This document shows, piece after piece, positions 1 through 9,896 of a DNA stretch of 64,000 nt. The number at the start of each line of letters is the position of its first letter. Position 1 is the first letter of the stretch. The stretch is from Candidatus Micrarchaeota archaeon. Its GTDB lineage: Archaea > Micrarchaeota > Micrarchaeia > Anstonellales > Bilamarchaeaceae. Where the stretch lies: assembly GCA_038046765.1 (NCBI GenBank), contig JBBSVN010000002.1, positions 57,929-121,928 on the forward strand. Direction: 5' to 3'. The notes below the pieces were generated by a model. That model made no database searches. It had not been told where the DNA came from and was given only the letters and a program-made list of their open reading frames with translations. Made by a program: the position numbers and the translations under genes.

Positions 1-991
1 GCTCTTGCTTAATTAAAAGTTCTTTTTCTTTTAAAAGTTCGATTACTTTCTTTCTTGCTTCTTCACATTTTAACCCATCATAAATATTCGAATTGATTAT
101 TTTTCCGATGCTGCTTACTGCCTGCGTTAATTTTAATTTGTGTCTAAAGCACCAGACAACATCTGCCTTATCTCCGTAAGAACTAACCATTGCCATTCCA
201 GTACCAAATGTTGCATCAACATCTTTATCTGCAATTATTGGAATTTCCTGATTGGTTACTGGTACTATCGCAATGCCTCCAATAAGTTGTTTATTTTTCT
301 CATCTGTCGGGTTTACGATTAAAGCATTTACTGCGTGAAATAATTCCGGACGAGTAGTTGCAATGGGTATTTCTTTACCTGTTTTTTTATCCTTGAATTT
401 AACATAATTTAAACTTGTATTTCTGCTTAAATCATCGAGTTCTGCCTTAGCTATTGCTGAATTGCATTTAGTACAAAAATAAACTGGGTACTCGCTTCGA
501 TAAACCATTTTTTTATTATACATTTCTATTAGTGAAAGTTGGACTTTTCTATGGTATTCTTTGTCCATTGTTCGATATTCATAAGTCCAGTCTGGCGAAA
601 AACCCATTTCATTCATCTGGGTTTTCATCCTTGCAATCATTTCAACTGTCCATTCGATGCATTTTTGTCTAAACTCTGTTGGTGGCAGTCTTCCATATTT
701 TTTTTCAACTTTGACTTCGGTCGGAAATCCTTGGGTATCCCAGCCTTGGGGGTAAAAGACATTAAATCCTTTCATTCGTTTAAAACGTGCAATAAAATCA
801 AAATAACTGTAGCTTAAAACATGGCCCATGTGAAGCTCTCCACTTGTAAATGGAGGAGGGGTATCGATTGAATATATCTGTTTTGGGTCTAGCGTTTTGA
901 GTTTTGCTTCATCAAACGCATAAATTTTATGTTCCGCCCAATATTCCTGCCATTTTTTCTCTGTTTCATGAGTAAAATTTTTATCAAGCAT
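1..991 (-). CDS. valS: Valyl-tRNA synthetase, N-terminal part (runs off the window start)
   Basis: Not in the ORF track. Manual translation from ATG at 991 (GTGA RBS-like motif upstream): MLDKNFTHETEKKWQEYW...YSIDTPPPFTSGELHMGHVLSY...GWDTQGFPTEVKVEK, a class Ia HIGH-type motif typical of archaeal ValRS. Confidence 0.93.
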   Translation of the reverse strand, partial: MLDKNFTHETEKKWQEYWAEHKIYAFDEAKLKTLDPKQIYSIDTPPPFTSGELHMGHVLSYSYFDFIARFKRMKGFNVFYPQGWDTQGFPTEVKVEKKYGRLPPTEFRQKCIEWTVEMIARMKTQMNEMGFSPDWTYEYRTMDKEYHRKVQLSLIEMYNKKMVYRSEYPVYFCTKCNSAIAKAELDDLSRNTSLNYVKFKDKKTGKEIPIATTRPELFHAVNALIVNPTDEKNKQLIGGIAIVPVTNQEIPIIADKDVDATFGTGMAMVSSYGDKADVVWCFRHKLKLTQAVSSIGKIINSNIYDGLKCEEARKKVIELLKEKELLIKQE

Positions 992-1086
992 AGTAATCAC
1001 ACATCAAATTAATACAAATTATCTGTTAGTTTAATACAAACTATTTACTGCAAATAATTTAAATCACGAACGGTCTAATAAAACTC

Positions 1087-1863
1087 ATGGAAATTATTTT
1101 TCTTGGTACTGGTGGGGGGCGGGTAAACCTTTTGAAGCAAATTCGATTAACTGGGGGTTTTAGGATAAATTCAAAATCTGCAAATATCCATGTTGACCCG
1201 GGTCCTGGTGCTCTAATTAATAGCATAAACGCAAACCAAAATCTTTTTGATTTAGATGTAGTTATTGTGAGTCATACTCATATTGATCATTCAAATGACG
1301 CAGGTCTTCTAATTGAAGCAATGAGCGATCATGCATTAAAAAATGGAGGAATACTTATTGCAAGTGATAACAGCTTAGGTACAACTACATCTGATCACGT
1401 AATATCTAAATTTCATCAAAAACTCGTTCTTGAAAATTATACTGCTAAATGGGGCGACAAAAAAACATTTAAAACAAAAAAGACAAATCGTTCTTTTGAA
1501 ATTGAAATATTAAAAACTGATCATGGCGATTCTAGTGGATTTGGGTTTAAACTTTTTGTCGATGGAAAAATAATTGGCTATACAAGCGATACTGGGCTCT
1601 TTGAAAATATGGGGAGTTTATACCAAGGTTGCGATGTTCTAGTTCTAAACTGTTTAAAATTAAAACCGGACAATTTCAATAAGCATTTGTCAGTTGATGA
1701 TTCAATCCAGTTGTTAAAAGTTGTAAAACCAAAACTCGCAATACTAAATCATATTGGAACGCACATAATCGAAGCTGGTCCGGAACTTATTGCAAAACGG
1801 ATTGAAAAGGAAACTGGGGTTAAAACTGTTGCTGCGAAAGATTTTCAGATATTTCGCTTATAA
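1087..1863 (+). CDS. Metallo-beta-lactamase-fold hydrolase (RNase Z/PhnP-like)
   Basis: IIFLGTGGG start, VDPGPG, SHTHIDH metal motif, YTSDT, NKHL, LNHIG. Confidence 0.9.
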   Translation: MEIIFLGTGGGRVNLLKQIRLTGGFRINSKSANIHVDPGPGALINSINANQNLFDLDVVIVSHTHIDHSNDAGLLIEAMSDHALKNGGILIASDNSLGTTTSDHVISKFHQKLVLENYTAKWGDKKTFKTKKTNRSFEIEILKTDHGDSSGFGFKLFVDGKIIGYTSDTGLFENMGSLYQGCDVLVLNCLKLKPDNFNKHLSVDDSIQLLKVVKPKLAILNHIGTHIIEAGPELIAKRIEKETGVKTVAAKDFQIFRL

Positions 1864-2371
1864 AAATCTAGCCTTAAGATATGGAGAAAAATAGTTCCCG
1901 TATTTTTTCTGCAAATCCTTCCTCATCCAGTCATCTGCTTTTATTATTTTTCTGCAGTTTTCGCTCTTACAATTACATTTTAAGTCTTCCATGCTTGATT
2001 CACAAAATGCGTAGTCTAAAGTCAACTCTTCTCCCTTTTGTATATCTCTTATTGCAACTAAACGAAGCGATCCATTAAATCCGCAATTAGGCTCGCAAGA
2101 GTGATTGAAAGATGCTGTTTGTTTTATTTCTTCTTTTGAAGTTGGGACAATAAAAAATTCATCATCGTACTGTATTCCAATGTGGTACATTTTTTTCCAA
2201 TAATCTTTTATTTGTGATTTATGTACTATACTTCCTCCAAAAACGCAAATAGTTTCATTTTTTTTTTATATTATCTGTTGCAATCGCACCAAGACCTTGG
2301 ATTTTTGAATCGATCGACCTTACTTTCGCGCTTATCCATCTATGAGGTATCGAAGAATGTAAATCTTGCAT
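1858..2371 (-). pseudogene. SET-domain protein (lysine methyltransferase-like) split by a one-base frameshift in an A10 run
   Basis: The 3' ORF has FNHSCEPNC, ELTLDY and post-SET CxCxSxxCR motifs. The upstream frame from ATG 2371 reads MQDLHSSIPHRWISAKVRSIDSKIQGLGAIATDNIKK, the SET N-terminus. Removing one base from the run at 2258-2267 joins them (…IKKNETICVFGGSIV…). Confidence 0.85.
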
Positions 2372-2592
2372 TATTTTCTTACTCAACTTAAATTTTTAAT
2401 GTTTCCTCATAATTTGCTATCATTTTTCCTAAATTCATGAATTGCCGGCAACACCAAGAGAGAATCATTTGTGTGTTGCCCTACTTGTTTGCAATTTGAA
2501 GAGCCGCTTTTTTCTTTGTAATAAGTTGATACTTAGCCTAGACTTAGCTTTTTAAATAACATACTCGTTAATCTAAGAAAGGAGGATCAGTT

Positions 2593-3402
2593 ATGAATCA
2601 ACAAAAAATGTTTATGTACGGAACAGTCGCAACTGCGTTACTAGGATTTATTATAATTATCACTAGTGGCGGAGCTGGTTTACTTGGTTTAATAGGTGGT
2701 CTTTTTGCCGCGATAGGTGCTGTTTTTGCAGTTCTTGTAATAAAATATGGATACTTAATCATCCCGTTAATAACTCAAAGAACAAAAACAGTTATCTTAA
2801 CTGATACGGGATATGAAATACCCTCTTCTCAAGATGTTATTGTAAAGAATGTTAACGGTGTTTACTACGCATCCAGTTTCCTGGTAGTTAAAGTATATGA
2901 ATCAACTACTGAAAAAACTACTGAAGAAACTCTGGCCTACAACGAATTTTTTGAAAGAGCAATTTCAAATATGAAATACGTTACAAAAATTTCATTACTT
3001 TTATATGTTGAAGAAATTGGAGAGCGAAGAAAACTTTTGGAAGCAAAACGCGCTGAAGCACAATTAAGGTTAGCAAGAGAACGGGAAAAAGCAGAAGCTG
3101 ATGTTCTTAAAGTAGATAAGTTGGAGCGTGAAGTAGCTTTTAGAAATGCACAACTTAACGAAATAATTAAAGGAGTAAAACCGATGGGTTTAGTTGCCTA
3201 TGCAATGACAACTGCTGCTGAATTAAGTAAAGATGCTGCGATTGCAACAGTCAAATCCAGGGTCAATGAACTTAAATCGGTTCTTGCGAACTCGCTTAAT
3301 GTTGAAGTAGATATCGTAACTGGAGATCAGATGATGAAATGCTTCGAATGGGAAACATTCCTTCCAACAAGTCCACAGGAGCTTGAAGAAGCAGTCAGTT
3401 AA
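2593..3402 (+). CDS. Membrane-anchored protein resembling a stand-alone VirB4/TraC N-terminal domain
   Basis: GGAGG RBS. Two N-terminal Gly-rich TM helices, then an alpha/beta domain with a central coiled coil. Lies directly upstream of the VirB4-like ATPase. Family call is inference. Confidence 0.55.
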   Translation: MNQQKMFMYGTVATALLGFIIIITSGGAGLLGLIGGLFAAIGAVFAVLVIKYGYLIIPLITQRTKTVILTDTGYEIPSSQDVIVKNVNGVYYASSFLVVKVYESTTEKTTEETLAYNEFFERAISNMKYVTKISLLLYVEEIGERRKLLEAKRAEAQLRLAREREKAEADVLKVDKLEREVAFRNAQLNEIIKGVKPMGLVAYAMTTAAELSKDAAIATVKSRVNELKSVLANSLNVEVDIVTGDQMMKCFEWETFLPTSPQELEEAVS

Positions 3403-3436
3403 TGTTAAATGGTTCAAAATTCAAAACGGGATAAAA

Positions 3437-5014
3437 ATGGTATTACCTCTAAAACTAAGTCGAATTTCAAATAAAGAATTAGCTAAACGTAATCCGTTTA
3501 TCTACCCGCCAGAGCCGCCCTTAGATGTAACTATGGGTGACCCCACCGATTCTATTTTTATCGGAAGAACTCAAATATTTAAGGCACCTTTTTACTGGTC
3601 ATTTGAGAATGTCGCAAATCCGCACATTGCAGTTGTAGGAATCAGTGGATCTGGTAAAAGTTATTTTATTAAAACATTTCTTATTCGTGCGTCTTATGTG
3701 TGGAATTCAAATGCATTAATCATTGACTGGGCAGGAGAATACCGTGATTGGGTAAAAGAAACAGGAGGAAAAATCATTTCACTTGGTAAAGGATCATACT
3801 TAAATTTACTCGATTTAGGTGGCATGGCGCCATACGACCGGATAAAACAAATTGTGCGTACATTAGAACTCTTAACTGATATAAAAAATTATCCCGAACA
3901 GCGAAGACTGACCGAGCAAGCAATCGAAAAAGCATATTTGGAAAATAAATTTAAACTAGATGTTGCTGAACAAAAAGATGAATTAGGAAAAACCAGGGCA
4001 CCACCAACACTAAAAGATGTTGTAAAAATTCTGGAAGAACAAGCAAAACTTGGTTCATACGAATTTCCTGCGGAATTAGAAAATGCAATCTATCGATTAA
4101 AGCAATTTACAAAAAGCGGTCAGGATTATTTTGCACAGCAAAGTACTGTTAAACTTGATGACATTATAGATAGTGGTATGGTTGATCTTGATGTTTCGGG
4201 TTTACCAAGCGAGGAATTTCGTGCTTTAGCTGCTCTTACGATTCTACAATTTGTAAAAGAAAAAATGCGTGCAACAGGTTGGGCAAAAACTAAAGGTCTA
4301 AGACTTATTGTTGTTTTAGACGAAGCGTGGAAAATTGCAAAAGAAGATAACAGCGATGCAGTTATGATTGTCCGTGAAGGTAGAAAATACAACTTTGGGA
4401 TAATTGTAGCAAGCCAGAACCCAACAGATATAAGTGAAGCAATATTTAGCAACGTTGGAACAACCTTTATTCTTAAGGTAAAATTTGAACGGTTTTTAGA
4501 TTACTTGCAAGGTAGTCTTAACTTTAGTAACTACATGAGAAATGAAATCCAAAGGTTTGGGGTAGGTCAGGCTGCAGTAAACATGGCATTAACAACTCCG
4601 ACTCCATACCCATCGACATTCATAGTTGAAAAAATCAAAGGCGAAGAACCAGTTAAGGAATATTTCCTTGACCTATCGAGCGTTCTTACGCAAAAGCAAC
4701 TGAGGGAGGTTTCTGTGTCACGAAGTATATCCTTTATAAAAGAAGATTTGAGAAAGAAACTAAGGCAGTATGGTGTTAGTGAGGAAAAAGTTGAAGAAAC
4801 TACAAAACTTTTAGAAAAAAGCAACCGACACATAGATGTAGTTACATTTGTTATCCTTCTTGAGCGATATGGTCTAGCAAGAAGAAACATAACCGAGTTC
4901 CTTAAAGAAGCAGGTATTGACGATATTACGATTATTAATATATTTGGTAAGGTTGACTTAAAGAAAACCGAATTTGGAGGTAAGGAAATAACTCAGGTTG
5001 TACTTGAAGATTAA
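3437..5014 (+). CDS. VirB4/HerA-FtsK superfamily ATPase
   Basis: NPHIAVVGISGSGKS (Walker A), IIDWAGEY, LIVVLDEAW (Walker B), VREGRKYNFGIIVASQNPTD. Start placed at ATG 3437 rather than TTG 3383. Confidence 0.9.
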   Translation: MVLPLKLSRISNKELAKRNPFIYPPEPPLDVTMGDPTDSIFIGRTQIFKAPFYWSFENVANPHIAVVGISGSGKSYFIKTFLIRASYVWNSNALIIDWAGEYRDWVKETGGKIISLGKGSYLNLLDLGGMAPYDRIKQIVRTLELLTDIKNYPEQRRLTEQAIEKAYLENKFKLDVAEQKDELGKTRAPPTLKDVVKILEEQAKLGSYEFPAELENAIYRLKQFTKSGQDYFAQQSTVKLDDIIDSGMVDLDVSGLPSEEFRALAALTILQFVKEKMRATGWAKTKGLRLIVVLDEAWKIAKEDNSDAVMIVREGRKYNFGIIVASQNPTDISEAIFSNVGTTFILKVKFERFLDYLQGSLNFSNYMRNEIQRFGVGQAAVNMALTTPTPYPSTFIVEKIKGEEPVKEYFLDLSSVLTQKQLREVSVSRSISFIKEDLRKKLRQYGVSEEKVEETTKLLEKSNRHIDVVTFVILLERYGLARRNITEFLKEAGIDDITIINIFGKVDLKKTEFGGKEITQVVLED

Positions 5015-5028
5015 TCTTTTAAATAAAT

Positions 5029-5493
5029 ATGTCAGGTGAGTTTATTAAAAAATGCATAATCTGTCAAAAAGATATTGAAAACGAAAATGCGGTAAAGGTA
5101 AAAGATGATAAGATAATTACTACTATTCGTGCGATAAAAACAAAATTAAATGCTGTAAAAGGAAATGAACTTTATGTTTGTGAAAAAGATTTAGAAGTTC
5201 ACGCAAAAAAAAGAAAAACTTATGAAAAAGATACTTTTATTGCTATGGTAATTGCTGGTCTAGCCTTTTTATTTTTACTACTTCTTCCAATTATTCAAGG
5301 TAGAATCGACATTCAGTTCATAATCGCATCACTAATCATTTGCCTTGCGATTGTTTTTATGGCAGTTATACTAAAATATGTTCCAGCTACGCAAGAAACA
5401 AAGCTAAAATCTTCGGTACAAGAATCTGTGTCTGTAGATCAATATCGAGTTTCAGATACAAAAAAGAAAAAAACTCAACTAAATAAAAAATAA
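5029..5493 (+). CDS. Small membrane protein with N-terminal Zn-finger-like motif and 2 TM helices
   Basis: CIIC...C...H motif, two hydrophobic helices, Lys-rich tail. Confidence 0.75.
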   Translation: MSGEFIKKCIICQKDIENENAVKVKDDKIITTIRAIKTKLNAVKGNELYVCEKDLEVHAKKRKTYEKDTFIAMVIAGLAFLFLLLLPIIQGRIDIQFIIASLIICLAIVFMAVILKYVPATQETKLKSSVQESVSVDQYRVSDTKKKKTQLNKK

Positions 5494-5527
5494 GTAAAAT
5501 AATTCAAAATCATGAAATGTGGTATAT

Positions 5528-6283
5528 ATGGCAGTTACAAACCCCGCATCAAAACCAACACCGCAGTTAAATAAATCTTCTCCGGGCGTTGATGGATTTA
5601 AATTGAAAGCTAGTCTAAAGGGAAAGATGGAAGATATTTCCTCTGCCTTACGTACCGTCTCATTTTTGGAAGTCGGTGCTGAAAGAGAGGCAGTTAATGC
5701 TGCATACATTGAAAGCAGGGACATTAACAAAATGCCATACCTGTTTAGTATATTGAAAATAAAAAATGACGAACTGGAGATAGTATATACGATTCCATCG
5801 GAAATTTCACCTAAAAAAAGAAGACTTGACATGATTCGGTATTTGCTTAATATTCTTAGTCTTATTGAACCATATTATAAAGTAGAAACTACCTCAATCT
5901 ATCAATTGATTGAAAACGCTGTAAAAGAAATAAGTGAAATAGTTTCACTTGACTACAGTAAACTTTATACTTCGTATGATACTTTGAAAAAAGAACTTGA
6001 TGATACAAAGAGGAAACTTGGTAGGTTTACTCAAGAAAATCAGAGCCTTACTAACAGAAATTTTGAACTGAAAAACAAGAATGATGAAGTGATGCTTCGG
6101 TTAAAAGACCTAGAAACATACTCTGATGATATCTTAAAGGCAAAAATAGCGGAGTGGATTGTTGAGCACAATGGCGAGATTAATATCTATGAATTTTCCA
6201 AAGTTTTCAAAGTGCAAGAAACACGTATTGAACAAATGCTCAATGTACTTATGAATGAAGGATACATTGAATCAACTGCATAA
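5528..6283 (+). CDS. Hypothetical protein: alpha/beta domain, coiled coil and C-terminal winged helix
   Basis: Heptad segment YDTLKKELDDTKRKL…LKDLE. C-terminus (IAEWIVEHNGEINIYEFSKVFKVQETRIEQMLNVLMNEGYI) has a wHTH pattern. Confidence 0.7.
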   Translation: MAVTNPASKPTPQLNKSSPGVDGFKLKASLKGKMEDISSALRTVSFLEVGAEREAVNAAYIESRDINKMPYLFSILKIKNDELEIVYTIPSEISPKKRRLDMIRYLLNILSLIEPYYKVETTSIYQLIENAVKEISEIVSLDYSKLYTSYDTLKKELDDTKRKLGRFTQENQSLTNRNFELKNKNDEVMLRLKDLETYSDDILKAKIAEWIVEHNGEINIYEFSKVFKVQETRIEQMLNVLMNEGYIESTA

Positions 6284-6308
6284 GCTAAATTTATAAGAAG
6301 GGCATTTT

Positions 6309-8888
6309 ATGGTCGAACTAAAAAAAATAAAAATTGAAAAAAAATTCTACCATTTCGATGTAAAGAAAAGGTATCAGAAGTCAAATAAATACAAGCTAAA
6401 GCAAAGGACTGCTCTGGATAATTTTCGGTCTATGCTAAGTGCTCCAAAAACTAAAACGCAGGATACTTCAAAAAATCTTAAACCTTCGTCTCCACTTAAC
6501 TTTAAGATTATCGGACTCTTTGTTTTAATTGCATTTTTGGTGGGTTTAGGCCTTACTCTTTATCTTAGTGCCCAAATTGCACAAATTACCTACGTACAAC
6601 CTACTATACTTGCACCTGTTGGAAACTTGGATGCCAAGATATTATCTAGTGGTGTAATTACTTCGGGTTCTAGAATCGAAGACCTTAATTCAGGAGTTGT
6701 ACTTTTAGATCTTAACTATGTGGGAATAACAAACTACTCTGTAAATTTAACTTTATATAAACAATTACTCCCTAATCAGATTTTCATATTATCAACTAAT
6801 AAAATGGAACAAGCAGATGGTTATCCTGTTTTTTTCCAGACACTTAAGGATGAGCTAAATAAGAAAGGCCTCAGTGTAAGTCAGGTGACTATCGCACAAC
6901 TTGAGTCCATACCAAAAGGCGCTCTTATAATCGTTCCAACTGGGGTAATACCGCAGGAATTGCTTGGGATAAATAGTAAAGCAACAATCACTTCGTTAAT
7001 TGATAGGGGGGACGTAATTGTATATATTGGTCAACCCTTTAACAAGATGATCGGGGAAAACGGTGTCGTATTAACCCCTCAAGATATCCAAAATAGTTTT
7101 CCAATTCGGTTTGATGAATCGGCCGTGCTAAAAAGTACTTCTGATATTAATCTTTATCCTGCCTATCAGGTAAAAGATGCAGTTGGTTATAAATCTGATT
7201 TAATATATGGTTCAGTTAGCGTAGTTAAAAGTGATTCTGGCGGTGCAATTCTATTTCTTCCATCTACTCTTGATGCTGGCTGGGTAGATCAGGAGAAACG
7301 AAGCGCTCCTAGTTTAGCTGGTAAGGATGTTGCTAGGGTTATTTATCAGACAAAATGGGTAGATCAGGAGGGGGATACAAAATCTTATTCTGGCGGGTTT
7401 ACCAATGAAAGCCAGTTAACAAAAAGTTTCTTTACAAATACTTTCAAGGCAGATCAAAGAAGCGTTAAAATTGAAATTAATGGGTTTAGCGCAGCCGGTG
7501 TTGATACTGTTGATCGTACTCTTATTACTAGTTTGTCTAGTTCAATAGCTGGCGATTTATATCTTGAAATCGATGGTGGCGGGTTTACTACTGTTCCAAA
7601 AGTAATTGGTGAAGAAAATCTTAGGATTACTGCAAGACTCAAAAATCCTGTATCTATAGAAAAATCACTTTATATATCTATAACTAAAGATGGGAAGGAA
7701 ATTTCGGATAAAATTCCTCTTGGTATAATTAATTTACAATCTGATTTTACTACGAGTATTCCAATTGACTTAGATTCTGGAGAATACATCTTATCTGTTG
7801 TTGATGAAGATGAAACTATTTACTCTCAAAGCATTCTCAAAGTTGTTTTTGTAGATGTTGCGTATTTTGGCCAAGGAGGTACTAAACATAAATATTATTT
7901 TCAGATACAAAAAGACGGTCAAAAAACCGAAATCAATAATGTACTTGTAAGCATACAAGGTGGCAAGTATGGTATTTATAATTTCTCCAAGGTTTCGGAC
8001 ATTGTTATTGATACTGAAAAAGCTACTAACGGTGAAGAACTTGCCTCCCGCAGTTATGATTTTGCGTTTACCTTTGGTAAAATTCAGCCAAAAATCGTTA
8101 AGGTTTCAAAAGTAAAATCAAAACCAATTTGGGAAGAACAGCCACTGTTTCTTGTTGCTGGTTTAATCTCACTTCTTATTGTAGGTATTGGTGTTGTATT
8201 TGCAAGAAAAGAACAACCCGTTTATCTATTGGATATTCCTGATTTCCCCCCCATTGCTAAAACTAAAATCCCAATAAAAACAAACGAAGTCATCGCATTA
8301 TTTGATTCTGTAAATGATGCGTATAGGTGGAAATGCACTCCCCTTACCCTTGCTGAAATAAAAAATGGATTTAAGAAAATATTTCATGGAGGAAAGCCAA
8401 TACTAATAACTGATTATAATACTCAGTTTATTATTGAAGATCTGATCAAGAAAGATCTTGTATCTACATCACTTGAATATTATGGTCTTAAATCATGGGA
8501 GAGTAAAACAAAAACTCCTATGCAATATATGGCAATATTTAGAAAGTTAAGGGACATTTTTGTTAATAATGCTATCCCATTTACTCAAATCGGGGAAAGC
8601 GAAAATTGCGATACTACTATTAGTATTGTTGGTCAAAATATGTATTTGCATATTTATTACAATGGAGGGGATGCTGTTCTGCTGCTTAAAAATATTTTAT
8701 CTAATATAAAGCTTGGCCTAAATATTGTTGTTTTAAAAGGTGAAGATGAGAAAAATAATTTTCAAAACCTTCTTTCATCTTCAAATACTGGTGCAATGAT
8801 AACTAAATTAGAAATCGAAAATGGTACTGTACAACTGATGGGTATCGAAGAATTTGAAAAGATGGTTGTAGAGTTAAAAACTATCTAG
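6309..8888 (+). CDS. Large membrane protein (859 aa): two TM helices around a ~520-aa beta-rich extracellular region, plus a cytoplasmic C-terminal domain
   Basis: TM segments at about aa 67-88 and 613-632. Long clean ORF and last gene of the co-oriented cluster. Confidence 0.75.
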   Translation: MVELKKIKIEKKFYHFDVKKRYQKSNKYKLKQRTALDNFRSMLSAPKTKTQDTSKNLKPSSPLNFKIIGLFVLIAFLVGLGLTLYLSAQIAQITYVQPTILAPVGNLDAKILSSGVITSGSRIEDLNSGVVLLDLNYVGITNYSVNLTLYKQLLPNQIFILSTNKMEQADGYPVFFQTLKDELNKKGLSVSQVTIAQLESIPKGALIIVPTGVIPQELLGINSKATITSLIDRGDVIVYIGQPFNKMIGENGVVLTPQDIQNSFPIRFDESAVLKSTSDINLYPAYQVKDAVGYKSDLIYGSVSVVKSDSGGAILFLPSTLDAGWVDQEKRSAPSLAGKDVARVIYQTKWVDQEGDTKSYSGGFTNESQLTKSFFTNTFKADQRSVKIEINGFSAAGVDTVDRTLITSLSSSIAGDLYLEIDGGGFTTVPKVIGEENLRITARLKNPVSIEKSLYISITKDGKEISDKIPLGIINLQSDFTTSIPIDLDSGEYILSVVDEDETIYSQSILKVVFVDVAYFGQGGTKHKYYFQIQKDGQKTEINNVLVSIQGGKYGIYNFSKVSDIVIDTEKATNGEELASRSYDFAFTFGKIQPKIVKVSKVKSKPIWEEQPLFLVAGLISLLIVGIGVVFARKEQPVYLLDIPDFPPIAKTKIPIKTNEVIALFDSVNDAYRWKCTPLTLAEIKNGFKKIFHGGKPILITDYNTQFIIEDLIKKDLVSTSLEYYGLKSWESKTKTPMQYMAIFRKLRDIFVNNAIPFTQIGESENCDTTISIVGQNMYLHIYYNGGDAVLLLKNILSNIKLGLNIVVLKGEDEKNNFQNLLSSSNTGAMITKLEIENGTVQLMGIEEFEKMVVELKTI

Positions 8889-9197
8889 CTTGCAAGATTA
8901 CCTAAACTTTCGCAAAGCGACTTCCTCAGTAAACCAGAACATACTTTCCCACTAAGCAGAAAGAGGTCATTCATATTACATACCTGCAAGGCATCGCACT
9001 AAAAGTATCTAATGGCGATGCCAGCAAGTGAATGTTTCTTCAGTACTTAATTTACTTTGGGGACTACTGTTCCTGCAACTCGAAGTGCTCAATTTTAATC
9101 ATTCGTTGTTCACTATCTATCAAAATAAGAAAATAAATATCTGGTTTAAATTAATATCCCGCCTAAAAATATAAAAAATAAAAAAAGTTAATTAAAC

Positions 9198-9896
9198 TTA
9201 TAATTTTATTCCATTTAATTCTTCTAATCGTGTCATTTCCTCTAAGAACTCCAAATCCTTCTCACACTTGTTGCACTTAAAGCCGCAGTTTGATGCGTGT
9301 TCAAAACTTACTAAGCTCTCCAGACCACAACTAGAACAAAAATAGTTTTCACCGTTTAAATCCAAGGTTGCTCTTTTTTCTTTAAGTTTGGTGTTTAACC
9401 ATTCCTCAATTTTTTGGCTATTTAAAGTCCAGCTGTATGAAAACCATCCCGTTTCACTGTCTTTTTGTCTTAAGTAGTTAACCAATCCTTGGCTATGCAA
9501 CTTGTTTAGTGTTGCCCTTACATCGCTTATTTTCAGTTTTAAATTTTTCGATAATTCTTCATCGCTAGTAGATGTTGCGAAGTTCTTTATTATTGCAAGA
9601 GTATTTTCTCCTGCTAGATCTATTAAATATTGTCTAGCTACTGCACTTGAAAGTATTGCTCCAAGTCTTTTCTTTTCCAGTTTTTCCCTCTCTAGTTTTA
9701 ACTTTTGTTCAAGTTCCGCACTTTCCTTTTCAAGATCTGCTTTCTTTGTAGCTTTTTTAGTTTTAAGGTCCTCCTTGATCTTTGCCTTTAATTGCTTATT
9801 AGCTTGCTTATCTTTAATACTTTTATTTACAACTTTGTTTACAATTTTTACATCTTTCTTTTTTGCAATAGGTTTTGAAGTTTTCTTTTTTGCCAT
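9198..9896 (-). CDS. tfe: Transcription factor E (TFE alpha) with Lys-rich N-terminal extension
   Basis: SDEELSKNLKLKISDVRATLNKLHSQGLVNY…DSETGWFSYSW winged helix; CxxC…CxxC Zn ribbon; GGGTGA RBS. Confidence 0.92.
   Translation of the reverse strand: MAKKKTSKPIAKKKDVKIVNKVVNKSIKDKQANKQLKAKIKEDLKTKKATKKADLEKESAELEQKLKLEREKLEKKRLGAILSSAVARQYLIDLAGENTLAIIKNFATSTSDEELSKNLKLKISDVRATLNKLHSQGLVNYLRQKDSETGWFSYSWTLNSQKIEEWLNTKLKEKRATLDLNGENYFCSSCGLESLVSFEHASNCGFKCNKCEKDLEFLEEMTRLEELNGIKL

Noticed and set aside
140..817. Plus-strand ORFs of 60 and 92 aa
   Set aside because: Antisense shadows of valS.
8889..9110. RNase P RNA or hammerhead ribozyme (GAGGAAGTC and CTGANGA motifs on the minus strand)
   Set aside because: The conserved regions are in the wrong order for RNase P and hammerhead stems cannot be built; kept only as an unidentified structured RNA.
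9848..9896. 49-nt overlap of the glycosyltransferase 3' end with the tfe start
   Set aside because: Likely stop-codon drift in a non-conserved tail; tfe has its own RBS and TATA-like box.
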